NCBI GenBank assembly: GCA_001949185.1
Contig: BDGG01000003.1
Coordinates: forward strand, 5,019,092-5,083,091
From: Ramazzottius varieornatus
Lineage: Eukaryota > Animalia > Tardigrada
Length of the DNA stretch: 64,000 nt
Direction: 5' to 3'
Each line of letters begins with the position of its first letter. Position 1 is the first letter of the stretch. This document shows positions 34,901 to 47,940 of the stretch, piece by piece. The translations under genes were made by a program, and so were the position numbers. The notes beneath the pieces were generated by a model, which was not told where the DNA came from, ran no database searches, and saw nothing but the letters and a program-made list of their open reading frames with translations.

Positions 34901-37900
34901 GCCCACGTTCTCGGCTAGTAACTCCGGAAACGTGCGCCAGCTGAGACAAACAATTTGGGTAAAACCATTTCTCGACATACAGCTCCGTTGCACGAGTACC
35001 GTACCTTTGAGTTTCGTCTCTTTAAGTTCAGAGAAGATTCCAATTGAGCTGAAATCTTCTCTACGATTACATTTGTCCATCATGGGGTTCGCATGGCCGT
35101 TGCAGAAAGTTCGAATCAGCTCTTGATCATCCCGCTACCGGCGAAGATCAGCTGATACCGTCTTTGCTTCTTGTCAGTATGACCCCGTTCGAACTCGTAC
35201 GCGTAAACTAAGCCCGGGTACAGGCGTGCGGCAGGACCAGTCAATCAACGTTTATTCAAAATCAAATCTGGAAGTAATTCGTAGACTGACAATCAATGCA
35301 TGTCANNNNNNNNNNNNNNNNNNNNNNNNNNNNNNNNNNNNNNNNNNNNNNNNNNTTTGATTTTTGAAACACGTCGATTGACTGGACCTGCCGCCGCCTG
35401 TACCCGGGCTTAGTTTACGCGTACGAGTTCGAACGGGGTCATACTGACAAGAAGCAAAGACGGTATCAGCTGATCTTCGCCGGTAGCGGGATGATCAAGA
35501 GCTGATTCGAACTTTCTGCAACGGCCATGCGAACCCCATGATGGACAAATGTAATCGTAGAGAAGATTTCAGCTCAATTGGAATCTTCTCTAAACTTAAA
35601 GAGACGAAACTCAAAAGTACGGTACTCGTGCAACGGAGCTTACCGTCTCGGAGAAAATCGGAAAAAATGACTAAGCGACCACTTACCCGTTTGAGTGGCG
35701 CACTGGGTACGAAGGGGATTTCCGGGCTGCCGGCTCGGCTGTCTTCCCCGTCGGACTCTCCGCTGCTGCCGGGGTCGTCCTCGCTGTCGAGGTCAATGTA
35801 GCCAGCTCGCTCGGCCTTCTTGTACCATCTGGTGAAGTCGTCTTTGAAGCTCGACTCCTTCTCCCCCGAGGACTTCGCAGTAAATTCTTCCAGCTGCTGC
35901 ATGGTCGTAACGAAGTCTTTGGAGTGAGCTGAGTGGCGGAAGGACGACACTGGTTGCCGCATAATCTGCCAAGCGGTGTAATTGGAGAGGGAAAGCGGCG
36001 GATCGACCACACCGTACGTCTGCACTTCCTTCGTGCGCAACTAAATTCATAATTTACTGTACATTGACAGAACTGTAATAAGTGCGAGCTCGGCAAACGA
36101 ACTCGACCAGATCGTCTTCCAGAAAGGCGCAGGCTTGGAGCCGATATTACTGCGAACGTGCGCCACTTGGGAGTAACGTCTGTGCTGATTTTGGGTGTTT
36201 CCGAAGTGGCGCGCACTCTCAGGATTGTTGAGTGAGAGTATGCGCCACTCGAGCAAACGATCTGGTCGCGTTTGTATGCCGAGCTTCCGTATAAAGCTAC
36301 TTTCTTTCACGATGTATCGCATTCCGGATGGATATTTACCCGCTTCAAAGACTTCGTAATCTTGCGTGGGTTCAGCAAATTCGGCTTCACCGATATCGTC
36401 TGTACATCTTCGGCCAACGGCTTGCAGTACCTGTTGTACTCCAACAATTCGGCATCAGACAGGTACTTATGATCGAACTTCTCTGACTCTTTCGTCCTGA
36501 CTGGAAAACCCAACCCTGTTTTATAATAAACACGAAAGAAACTAGCAGAAAGCAGAAAAGAAAGGAGTGCGCACCTTTCTTCTGAAGCCATGTCCGAAGT
36601 TCGCCCTTAGACGACTTCTTCCGAGCGAACTTGCCCGAAAGGTTTTCCTCTTCAAAAGCAGGATTCTCCAGCTTTAACTGAACACATACCGGCTTCAGCC
36701 CTTCAGGAACCATCCGTGGAATGTCTTTGAACATGTCGTACTTGGTCGACAGTAGCGTCTTGGCTGCGTAGGTCTTCTTTGTCTGACACTGCTTGTAGTT
36801 CTACAAAACCACACAGATTTCATGCTAGTTTCCCCAGCCAAAATCAACCGAGCAAAGTCAAAGCTTACGTTTTCTTCTTTTCCCTCGGTTAAGAGTACGA
36901 TGGTTTTCCCCGCTCGCTTCCGGCCAGTTCGACCTGTCCGCTGGACACTTCGGATGGGGCTCTTCTGCGTATCGAAACAGATGATCAGGTCGACTTCCCC
37001 GATGTCCAAGCCTTCCTCACCCACGGAAGTTGAGACGAGGACATTGTAATCGCCGCTACGGAACCTCTCGATGACCTGTAGAAATACATGGCTCGCTCTG
37101 AATAGGCCAACACGTGTCATCCCACACACCTGCATACCCAGCTATCAGCATAGTTCCCGGGTGGACTGGTATGCAGGTGTGTGAGCAAAATCGAAGCAGG
37201 ACGCAACTGAAACTGGCAACATTCTTCGTAAAAACGGAAATCACGACATTTACCGTGGCTTGTTCTTTCTGGTTGAGACCTTTCTTATTGCCGGTGGTTG
37301 CAGCTTGGCCGACGAACGGCATCACTCGCACTAACGGCGCCGATCGTCTCAAGAGGTCGGCGATTTCGTGGACACTTTCGCGGTAGCTGGTAAAGATCAT
37401 GATGCGACTGTCTTGGTTGGGACTGCCACCGTCGAAGAGCTGGGGTGAACCTTTGGAAGTGCTGGGCCTTTCGAAGGCCACGGGACTGTACCGTCTCTGT
37501 GGCTTAAAGTGGTCGAGGACAATGGTCTCAAGCATTCTCAACTTTGGATGACCATACACGTATGGTCTGTCGAGCTGTGGGCTGGAAGTGTTGGCTGGAT
37601 CGTCTAGGTCCCCTACCAACGTCAGATCCTCACCTGAAAACTAAGAGACTTACGTATGTTCCAGTTTGAATCAGCTTCATAGCGGAAACAAGAGGAAGGC
37701 TACGTTGAGAAACCTGCATACATATTCAACGTACTAAACGCCTGGCGATGTGTGTGCAGCTACATGAGGCAAAGCCATTCTATCCACCGACTTCGGAGTA
37801 TCTGCATACTTATCCCGGCAGTAAAGGCCTGATGTCACGCATGCAGGTACAGTACAAGGGAGATGAATAAAGCCTGTTTTCCAGCCTCACACTTATCCGA

Positions 37901-40900
37901 ATTTTATGGGAATAGAATAACTGTAGGAAATTGTGGGTTACCCAAAATGTCTTTGACATTCTGAACGAGTCGGTTGAAGTCGTGGTTCTTCTGCAGCTCG
38001 GAGCGAGGAAGAGCGTGTTTGGAAGTACCGTCGCGTAGAGTAGCATGCACGAATCGGTAGAAGGGTCGCATGCCGTAGTTGCACAGCAGTTCATAGGCGT
38101 GCAAGAGACTATTCAGCGTCATAAAAAAGGTCGTTGTTCGTTGCTTCATAAAACCCTGCAACCCAGATGAAACTCTTCTTATTATAATATAAAATATACA
38201 GAAGCTATTATTAGGCCAACGGACAAAGTTCTCACGCACCGTGACACTTGTCTTGGCGGTGAACTCCCGACTGTGTTGGAGGATCTGGAACTTGGACACA
38301 TTCTCTGGCTGAATATGGGAAGCCAGAGCGTGGAGTTTCTTTAGCTGATCGACATAGTAAGAGACGACCTTGAACATCAAGTCGCAAATGCTTCTATGAA
38401 AAGAAACTTCGAATTTAAAGATGCAGCACGGTATTGAATATGGATTTCCTTACCGCATCTGTGGGTCCAGCTGAACGACGACTTTATCGGCTGTTTTCTT
38501 ATGAACATACTGTCGGATATCCAGGGACTCGTCGGTGCGAATTTCGATCTGGTTGATTCGAAGGTTGGTCAAGACTATCTGGATTCCCTGGAAAATGAAC
38601 TTCGTTACTTTACTAAAGTATATATATAGGTGACTTAGGGTCTCTAAATTCTCACGGAGCCCAAAAGCCACTCTCAAGTCAGAATTTTTACAGCGAGGTC
38701 GTTTCCCGGTGTCGCACTGAGCGCCAGGACCCGGAAGTTCTTGTTCTGATTGGCCACCATGCGAACAATTTCGACGTATGCGTAGGCGCCGGTTGCTCGA
38801 TGCGCCTGCAACCAAATACCATGTCTGAAATCTTCCGCCTCCGAAACTTCAGTACAGAGGCGAGACTTATCCAAAAGACAAGCGGGAGCGACGCGTTTGC
38901 TACAGTACCTCATCGATCACCAGGCATCGTACATCCGAAGCAAGAAAAGCTCCGTGCTCCAAATCATTCACCGCCGTCTGTGGAGTCATGAAGAAGACTC
39001 TCTTGGTCGTCCACAGCGTAGCGCGACGTTCTGGATTCATTGCGCCTGGAAAATATGATCGTCAATTGGGAATGTTCAAAATCAAGAGCAGGGACATCAG
39101 CACGCAAACTCGGCCGGATTGTTTCCCCAAGTGGCGCAAACTTTCAGTATTATTGGGTGAAAATGTGCGCCACGTGGAAAAATCTATCTTGTCGGGTTGG
39201 TTACTTACCGGTCATTTCTACCATATCGCTTTGCGGAATTCCCATAACCTGGTAGCACGCCTTATGCTGCTGCGTCACCAGAGGTTTGGTGGGAGCCAGG
39301 AAGACCACTTTTCCCTCCGGATACCACCGGTAAAAGTTGAACATCACTACAGCTGCCACGAAGGTCTTCCCCAGGCCAGTGGGTAAAGACACCAGCGTAT
39401 TCTTGTACAAAGCTCTCTGCACAATGTTGTACTGGTAGTCGCGAGCAGGGTAGTTGGTGGGATACAACCATGTCATGCCAGCTTCCATGTCGAAACCGGG
39501 CAATGATCGGATATGCGACGGCACTGAAAAGATAAGACAAAACGTCAGCAAAAAACGGATTTGAACCGGCGGCCACCTCATCACAGCCGACCAGGATGGA
39601 AGTCAGAATACGTCGCACGACATGACTCAACAAAAACCTGGCCAAACAAACGAGTGATGACACAGCAAAACACCTGGCTTGCCACAGTGATGACATTCCA
39701 AAGATGGGCACAGTTCGGCCCGCCATGAAAAACGCTCATTTTGTAGTTTCTAATCGAAGTTTACCTTGAGGATCTTTTGGTGCTTCATCCAGAATGACAA
39801 TGGGTTCCGGTTGGACTTCTTCTAGAGTTTGCTGCCGGAGCATCGGTGCGGAAAGCTGTCGTGCGAGTGCAGGGTAGTGAGGGGCAACGGCGAAGTTCGT
39901 TGCGACGACAGGCGGTGGCAGTTGAATTCTTGGTTCAGCTTCAACAGGTCGAACTTCTTCCTGACGCCCTGCTTTGTCTTCTAGCTCCATAATCTCACAC
40001 CAGTTGACATCGCCTAAGTCGTCGTCAAGTACCTGTATGCTGTCATTGCAGTTCGAATTGGCAGGAGGAATGGCCGAGGGGACGGAAGGTGGGATGACCG
40101 GACCGGAAGTTGGAGGGGCAGTCTGTTGTGTCGACTCGTATTCCTCTAAAGCAGCTAACAGACCAGCTTCTTCGTCATCGTCCACCATATCGAACACCGT
40201 TTGGCTAACCGTGGAAGCCACGGTGGAGTTCGTAGAGTGGCCAGTGTGGTAGAAGCTCTCAGCTGTGGGAAAAGCAGAAATCGACGCAGCAGCTTGAAAA
40301 GTATTCCTGCAAAAAATTAAGAACAAAATGCTGGGATAAAATGGAAGCTCGGCAAAAACACTCCATAAGATAACTTTCTCAAGTGGTGCACGCTTACAAC
40401 GTTATTGGCTAAAAGCGTGCGCCACTCTAAAAAAACCACTCAAACTCGGTATGATTGTTTTTCCAAGTGGCGCGGGTTTCAGCCGGTGGCACTGTAAGCG
40501 TGCGCCACTTGGAAAAACAATTTTAAAAAGTCTGTTTGTCTAGCTTCCAAGCTCACAAATAGAAGGTAGAAAATCGAACAACTTCGGAACTAAGACGTGA
40601 GAAGGATTTTACTGTGAAGAAATAGTTGATGAGGTGAAGTTATGAGCCTGCGGAGGTGTTTCATCTGGTACGAAGAATCCACCAGCATTGTCCCATCCCG
40701 AACTTCTCGATGGAGTACTGGCGACGTTATTCGGGAATGGCTGTGTTGGTCTGTTTGCTTGAAGTGAAGAGGTAAATCTCTGGCTTTGAGGCATCAGGTG
40801 GCTAGCTCCACCAACAGGGCGAGGCGCAGGTTGGAAAGAAGCTGCAGCATTCGGACCGGAAGTCGGACTTCTGTGAAACCTCTGAACAGGAGGACGATTA

Positions 40901-41262
40901 AGCCCTGCTGAATTTAGCCCAGGCATGTTCGGGCGATTCATCTGGAGGGGACTTTTGTATGAAGAGTTGGAAGGTTGGTTTCCGAGGCTCGACATAGGCT
41001 GACGGAAGTTGGACGGTACGACAGGAGGTAATTGATCGCTGCTTGGTTGTCTGTGTCTTGGTCCACCAGGGCCTCTGTAACTTTTGGCGAACATCGGCGG
41101 ATCAGGATGAGGGTTCGCCGTGAGCGAAACGCTCTGCTGGTTGAATGGCCCAGGGTTGACTGGACGTCCATTCCAATACTGTGGATGGGCGACAGGAGCG
41201 AAGAATCTGTCGATCCGCTGCACGCCGTTTGGCTTTTGCATGCGTTGTGGTGGTCTACTCAT
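31998..41262 (-). CDS. FANCM: FANCM / Mph1-like DEAH helicase (multi-exon)
   Basis: [17 protein letters not shown]...[40 protein letters not shown]|[43 protein letters not shown], late DMQAIY motif. The end is either the stop at 32164 or a small last exon ending at 31998. Confidence 0.93.
32415..32625. repeat. Intronic palindromic element, 2 units (32452, 32539)
   Basis: N25 and N24 units in a FANCM intron. Confidence 0.85.
34775..34978. repeat. Intronic palindromic element, 2 units (34810, 34895)
   Basis: Two N25 units, period 85, FANCM intron. Confidence 0.85.
34981..35640. mobile_element. Young long-TIR DNA transposon (PIF/Harbinger-like) in a FANCM intron; centre is an assembly gap
   Basis: ~280-bp near-identical inverted arms starting AGCTCCGTTGCAC, 3-bp TAC on both flanks, N run at 35306-35355. 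Confidence 0.75.
36085..36290. repeat. Intronic palindromic element, 2 units (36121, 36203)
   Basis: Well-preserved outer arms gagctcggcaaacgaactcgaccagatcg / cgatctggtcgcgtttgtatgccgagctt. Confidence 0.9.
39090..39200. repeat. Intronic palindromic element, 1 unit (core 39128-39176)
   Basis: N25 unit in a FANCM intron. Confidence 0.85.
40342..40549. repeat. Intronic palindromic element, 2 units (40380, 40464)
   Basis: Period 84, termini tggaagctcggc / tctagcttcca. Confidence 0.9.
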
Positions 41263-41990
41263 TTTGATGCCTTCTTACAACTGCAAATATCCAGAAAGAA
41301 GAAAATCATAATTCGATATCGAACTTTCAAAGCTCAAAGCCTCAAACATTTCTGAGCTTTCTTCATACCTTTCAGTTACAGTGATATCACTAAGGTTGCT
41401 TTCCGTTGGCCAGGAAATCCCATTCGGCAAGATTCGTACCTGTAGCTGGATCCTCCTGTAACTTTTTGAACACTAGCTAATCTGAATCCTTGAACTGCGA
41501 ACCATTCACAGATCGGACGACGGGAGAAAGAATCCAGCTGGGGAGAAAATCCAAATGAGAACCGACGAGCGATCGTGAGGTAGAAAACAATCAAACTATT
41601 TCATTTTTTTTTGATGAACGTCAACAAATGGCTACTTTGCACACAGCTGGTGAGTTGATTGGTACCTTGGTGCTGTGAATAGCTGACCGTTACTTTGCAT
41701 TCACCCGGTGCAGCGTGGCCGTACTTCAGGCGGGCGGGAAAGCTTAGGGGAGAGCCTTTTATGTTAGATATGTGCTCTCTGGGGATGTCTGCTTTGGTCT
41801 GGGCCTGCCCAGGGCTCACCGAGAGCTGAAGTTAGACCAGTGTTTTGGTTTCAAAATTTTCGGAAAACGGGACATTGTCTGCGACTCTGCGGTTGTCCTG
41901 ATTCTAATTTCAGCGTTGTGGTGATACCTGGTCTTCTTGCGTTTCCAGGTTGATCTTTACTCCGCGGACATCGGGAGTACCACTGTCAGG
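41263..41990. promoter_or_regulatory. Probable bidirectional promoter and 5'UTR region between FANCM and the HP1-like gene
   Basis: Head-to-head start codons ~730 bp apart. Confidence 0.5.
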
Positions 41991-44900
41991 ATGTCCGGAG
42001 CGCCGAAAGAGAGGGAAGGATCGCTGTCGCATCAGATGGATAGGATGGGGATCAACAACAGCGACGCATCTTCCGTGCTGACCACCTCAACCTCGACGAA
42101 TCGGGACTCATGTCCAGCGAAGAAACGTAGGAGGCCGAGGAAGCTAACCACTGTGAGCGTCGGCACGGAGTATGAAGTGGAAAAGGTCCTGGATAAAAGG
42201 ATTGGCGAGGATGGTGTGACGAGTTATAAGATCCTGTGGAAAGATTACCCAGAGTAAGCTCATAGTTGCTTCCCCCGATAAAATTCTTCCCACGTCACTA
42301 GAGCTTAATGCTCGTGGACGCACATGGACACATGGACAGAGCAACGTGGTAGCGAGGATGAGCGAGATTAATGAGCCGTTTCGATTATCACTGTTTCAAT
42401 ACACCTTGTTGAGCAGTATTCTTTGTCGACGAGGGCTGGTTAATCGCGGAGTTCATTTACAGAGAGGAAGCCAGCTGGGTGGTGAGAGAACTGATGGACT
42501 GCCCGGAAAAGATTGAAGAATACGAGAAGAAGGATCGTGAGTATCGTTACCGCAAACGGGCTTCCAACATCGGAGAAAACTGGCAAACGGAAGACTTTTC
42601 CAGCTTGGCTCAAGCAGGTTTGGCTTGAACAGGTCCTCTCTCTGGAACTTACGGACAATATAACTGAAGCGATGGATGCTGTTCGGAATTTAGAGAGGAA
42701 AGATTTTGTTTCGTCAGGTGCGGAAACGGCTATCGAACCGAAGACGGAACCGGAAGCGAAGGTAGGGTGCACCAGAGGAGCTGTGAGCGAGATGGAAAGT
42801 CAGATGCTGGCGGAGTATTTGGAGCTGGTCAATGCAGGGAGGGAGGTGGTGACAAGCTTGCCGAGCTGGAAACGGTGCTTCGGATGTCGGAAGCCTTTGC
42901 CGGAGGAGGAACCTCTACAGGCGTTGCAAGCCGTCGAAGATGAAAAGGGAGATCTCTTTCTGGAAATGCAGTGGTTAGTAATACTTGAAATCAATACTCT
43001 GGCAGTTCGGAATCAATTTAGAAATATTATAACTCGGCAAAGGAAATTGAAACTATCGCTTTTTCAAGTGGCTTACATTTCAGCCAGACACACCGACAAC
43101 GTGCGCCACTTGGGGAAACAATCCAGTGCGACAGGATCGCTTTTGCAAGTGGCGCACGCCTACAGTCCATAACAGTGTAACCTGCGTCACTCGAGAAACC
43201 AATCTTCTCAAGTTCGTTTGCCGAGCTTCCATATGTCGAGTTTCGTTACACAATATTCCTTTCCTATAGGCAAGATGGACTGACCAAGATGGTGCCGTTT
43301 CCGGTTGCTTTGAAACTGTACCCGATGATCTTCCTTCCGTGGTTTGAGAGCTACTTGAACGCCGAGGCAGCCAAAGAAGGCTGCCGTCGAGATGACTTCT
43401 TGGGTGTCGACTGGGAGACTAAACTGGCAAAATCCAGGGAGGACTTGAAAGCCGAGGCTATGGAGGTTGATGAACCGACAAGTGCTGAAACGGAGCATGA
43501 TGTTCCTGCATCGAACGCCATGCGACTACAGAACTCGGTACTGTTTGAAACCCTGTATGATTTTCTACCGTTCAAGTTTTCTGTTATTTCCTTTCCGTGT
43601 CTCGATTTAGATTAGTTCCTAGTTTACAATTTTGCGTTTTTAACGTTATTTTAATGTTTGGCTTGTATCGATTATACAGGCGTCGGAAGTCTCGAAAGTT
43701 GACGAAGAGCTCGCTTCGTCTTCGGTAAATAATGGAATTCACTGCCTTAATTTTTCTCCTTGCTATGTACTGACTTTAATGGCTCTGCTTTCGAGCTTTA
43801 CTTCGCATTAAAAACCTCCTGCTCCTTTCCAGCTGAACACTGCTTGATTTTGCATGCTGTGCGGCTGCATTCTCTCCTCATACATGAATATTCCTCCCAA
43901 TGATATCAATGATTAATCTCGATTATTTTCAACAGACGAATGCAATCGACGGCGGATGCCAGTCCTTCAAACCGGCAGAAGCGACGGTATCGCCACGCGC
44001 TCGGCTGATCCTCAAACTACCACGACCTCTCCCGAAACCCCTCCAGCATAGTCCTACCAGCTCTGGCCCCAACAGCCCAGCGTACCTTTCCAACGAAAGA
44101 GACCTCCTCCTCATCCAAGACTCGATCGTGACGCCACCGGTTCCACCTTGCAACAACCCATCACATCCACTGACTGTGGCAGCCAACAGTAGCCCGTTGG
44201 TTGTGACCACAGCCCAACCGACAGTTCCAGTCGCGCTACCTCATGAAGTAGTTGCAACAGAGGCTTCCAAGGCGCCTTCCATGGAAGAAACCTTGATGAG
44301 TCGCGTGACTCAGCAAGGAGTTCCATTGGAGACGGTAATAGTGTTACCACAGTCTGTGCCGCTCGTGGGCACGCGGATCATCACTCCTGTGGATTTCTTG
44401 CTGGCTACGTCAGCATCGCCTTCGCCGAAACGAAGTCCCCGACCGCCAAAACAGGTAAAGAAATGACTGATTTCGATTCTGCGCCGCCTTACCTGTATCA
44501 TTTCGGTTCTCTTTCGTGTAGGGTAATTCGACGCCGAAACGCACTGGACGGCCACCTAAATTGGTATAGAGTAGAGTATCCCTATTGGAGTTGTGTTCCA
44601 GTCAAATGATGGTGGCGAGGTCGAGAAATATCGATATTTCTCACTTTAGCAAACAGACTCCAAAAATGACTGTTTTCCAAAGTGGCGCACGGTTCTAGTG
44701 TGATTTACTGTCGGCATGCCCCAAATGGGATAAACGATCTGCTCGAATTTGTTTGCTCTTCCAAGTGGCGCGCTGTTTCAGTCCCGTTGCATGGAAGCGT
44801 GCGCCACCTGAATAAACGATCCTCTTGACTTGTTCGCCTATGTCATATCCTGCGTACTGTTATTTTGAAGGCCAATTCATCACCGCTTCGCTCGTTACCA

Positions 44901-46897
44901 CCACGGAACATACTACCAAAGCCGGTTTCTGGAGCCATCTCGGCAATAGAAGGCTCGGCTTTGAAGATACCTGAGCGTCCCTTGACTGCTTCTCGGCCAT
45001 CTGCCTCCGAACAGCCTTCATTGTCTTCAGTTTCTTCTGCAAGAGAAGGTAGTTTAACGGCCCGAAATTCTAAATTAGCACCTCGACGAAAATTACCTTC
45101 TGTTGACATATTGACCTTCTGATACGTTCCATTTCCAGCGACGTCGAACTTTCAGCCTTTTCACGGTGCCAGCCCGTCCGAAAAGCCATCTTCTTCACCG
45201 AAGTCAGCCGAGACCAAGCCAGAAAATTGCCAGCCAACCAGCGAGCAGCCGGTCGTCGGCGTCAGTTCCTCCCTGTCCACAAGTGTGGTACCGACTATCG
45301 CAGCTTCAGGTTTTCTTCCGCCCGAAGAGGAGAAACCGAAAGTGCCGAAGGCGGAAGATGGCGAAAGCTACCGGGCGAAGCGGGAGCTGTACCTGCGTTA
45401 CGTGCCTCTTTTGAACCGCTGCATCGCCAAACTGAGGTCTGAATTGGCAGAGAAGGAACAAGAGCTTGTCACATTGGAAACTTTGCTGAGAGAACGTCCG
45501 GAAGCTCGAGAAGCCGTTGACACCATCACCTCTCGGAAAAACAAGCTGAAGGCTGAGATGGAGACGAGTAAGTGAGGTTTGCTTTCAGACATTTCCGCTG
45601 AAAAAGAAGTTTACTGTACGTTTGACAACGAAGTCAGCCAGATCGTTTCCCCCAAGTAGCGCATATTTTCAGTGTCTTTACCTGGCGCCGTGCGCCACTG
45701 GGAAAACCAGTCTGGTCGAGTCTGCTTGTTTTCCCCAAGTGGCGCACTCTCTCAGTGTTATTGTCTGGAAACGTGCGCCACTAGCAGGGCCGATGCTGAC
45801 TGAGTTTGTCTGCCGTGCTCTTATGTGTCGGTTGTTTTAGTTCAACATCCAATCAAGCGCCTTGTGCTTCTTGTGACTGCCGGCAAAGACCAGCCGACGC
45901 TGCGGGTTCTGGAGAAATGCGTGAATGTAGTCGAACGCTCCATACCATGGGTCAGTAGTGGTGTACTGTTGCTCTTAACCGTTTTCCAGGATTGCGCGAG
46001 CTTGGGTGGGATGGAGGAGAAGCTTAGGTATTTTTACGGTTTTCTTTCTTGCAGTTCGAAAACTATATTGGCGAAGCTGAGGCTCGAAAGTACTTCTCCC
46101 ATATCAGTGCTCCTGCTGCAGCGAACCCTCATCCTGCGACCAGTATGTCGGAACTTTCCAACGGTCTCCCTCCGGCAGATGATTTCTCTTCGACCATAAC
46201 ACCACACGATAGTAAGCACCCAATGTCGTTAGTTCAGAGGCAACAGCCGCCGTCCGGAGTCTTGGCGGACTGGGACTCGCTCAAGGCTACGTTCGGTAAG
46301 TTTCGGGCTGCTGACACTTGTCAACCAGCTCAGTCACAGAGTGCGCAACAGAGTAACTTGCTCAACACAGCACTGACCCAAAGACAAGAACCACCCAAGT
46401 ACACAGGTTACAGAGCAGCAGTAGCGTCACAGCAGCCACCTCCGCCTCAGGCGCTGCTACCAAGGCCCACAGGCCAGACACTCCATAAGGTGCCCGGTGC
46501 TACTATTCAGTCTGTCGTCCCACACTCTGCTGGCTCCCATGGTGGTCCTCGAAGACCAAGTCAACCTCTGTTGCGGTACGCTGGACCTCCAGTGCCGCAG
46601 ATGGCAGTGCGACAGCTGATTGGTACGCCGCCACTCCGTCTTGCCCAACCTGCCATTGTTGTCCAGCGTCCAACTGGACCAGTGCTGCTTCCGATAGACC
46701 ATTCTGTCCAACCGGCGATGGGTTTTCATTTTGCGAGGAAAGCTGTGACGAGACCACATCAAGACCCTCCACAGTGGGCACCGAAAATGATTAATAGGCC
46801 ACCTCAGAACTGGGCTCCCAAAGCTGTGGTCAGACCGCAGCGACCTCCTCAACAGCTGGCGCCCAAACCACCTCTCAGAATTTTTCCCAAGGAATAG
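41991..46897 (+). CDS. HP1-like protein (chromodomain plus chromoshadow-like domain) with long C-terminal extension; 11 exons, ~1046 aa
   Basis: Chromodomain YEVEKVLDKR...YKILWKDYPEEEASW...DCPEKIEEYE, chromoshadow-like AVEDEKGDLFLEMQW|QDGLTKMVPFPVALKLYPMIFLPWFESYL. Exons 41991-42253, 42463-42536, 42604-42973, 43270-43537, 43680-43724, 43936-44454, 44522-44563, 44871-45048, 45139-45567, 45841-45950 and 46055-46897 splice in phase (3141 nt). Confidence 0.75.
43030..43231. repeat. Intronic palindromic element, 2 units (43065, 43146)
   Basis: N24 units in an HP1-like gene intron. Confidence 0.85.
44645..44845. repeat. Intronic palindromic element, 2 units (44679, 44762)
   Basis: Two N25 units, period 83. 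Confidence 0.85.
45617..45820. repeat. Intronic palindromic element, 2 units (45653, 45736)
   Basis: Two N25 units, period 83. Confidence 0.85.
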
Positions 46898-47395
46898 TCA
46901 CTTGGTCGGTTACATCGAAATGGTTCAGGGTTCGTTGTCTCAGGAATAGAGACGTCTTTTCACAGGCGGTTGCGGTACAGTATAGCTTACTCTATCATGC
47001 ATACTTGTTGTGCCTGTTATTAGACTTTTTTATTCGCTTGTTAAAGTAGCCCATTAGTCATTATTCCTTCTTGGGGTCATTTTCCGGCCACTTCTCCCAG
47101 CTTCTCCGATCTGTTTATTGACATTGTCGGTCGTAGTATTGCAACGCTATACTGTATACGTAGCAACTATTCTAAAGACACAGGGAGGTGGTCGAATTTA
47201 GGGATCTTCATGAACAGAAGGACAGAGAGGGCAATAGTTTGAGTTTTCGGAAATCTACGAGGATACATCATATACAGGGGTCTATTTTAAGCTTCGAAAA
47301 TTTTGTGGAAAGACCATCTTGCATGTTGTGTGAGGAAGGAGTATCCATGCCTGCAACAAGGAAGTCTCATGGCTTTGTATTGAGGCTTTGTAACT

Positions 47396-47512
47396 GGGAG
47401 ACCGACAAAGGAAACGTACAAGATGCTTTTCCCAAGTGGCGCACGCTTCCAGCCAATAACAATGCAAAGTCGCGCCACTTGAGATTGCGATCTTGCACGT
47501 CGTAACTGTCGT
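47396..47512. repeat. Palindromic element, 1 unit (core 47433-47481); host gene unclear
   Basis: caagtggcgcac-N25-tcgcgccacttg. Confidence 0.85.
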
Positions 47513-47858
47513 TTGCAAACCTCCCACTTCACGAACTGAAGGTTCGCTGCACCTTGGTATAACTTGGTATAGCCCCTGACTACCTGAAGGAAGCGAAATA
47601 ACAACAGCAAGCAGTTGGCGGTAAGCCGGTATTAGGCTATGGTGTGAGTGGTAGTCTTGGTTTTGTCCTTTGCGCAGCAGCACTGCAACGTACACCAAAT
47701 CATTACATCGCAGGAGAAACAAAACGAGCAAGACTGTGGCGTGTCGCGAAACACGGACGGATTTAATTTTGAAAGAAGTTGATCGACTGTCTATCATCGG
47801 CATTCAAAGTCACTTGAGAAGTCAGTCATGGGCAGACAGAAATACTGTGCTTTAATAC

Positions 47859-47940
47859 CAGACAGAGCCAGACGATAAGCCATGGTGGGAAGATGATGCT
47901 AATGAGGCAGTGAAGACAATGCCGTACGTTGGATTTCTCG
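47859..47940 (-). CDS. Possible exon of a small Cys-containing membrane protein
   Basis: ttttccag acceptor, EKSNVRHCLHCLISIIFPPWLIVWLCL, GT donor. Other exons not resolved. Confidence 0.35.

Noticed and set aside
35691-35704. gagtggcgcac half-site
   Set aside because: It lies in a FANCM exon (VPSAPLKR) with no partner arm 25 nt away, so it is likely chance.
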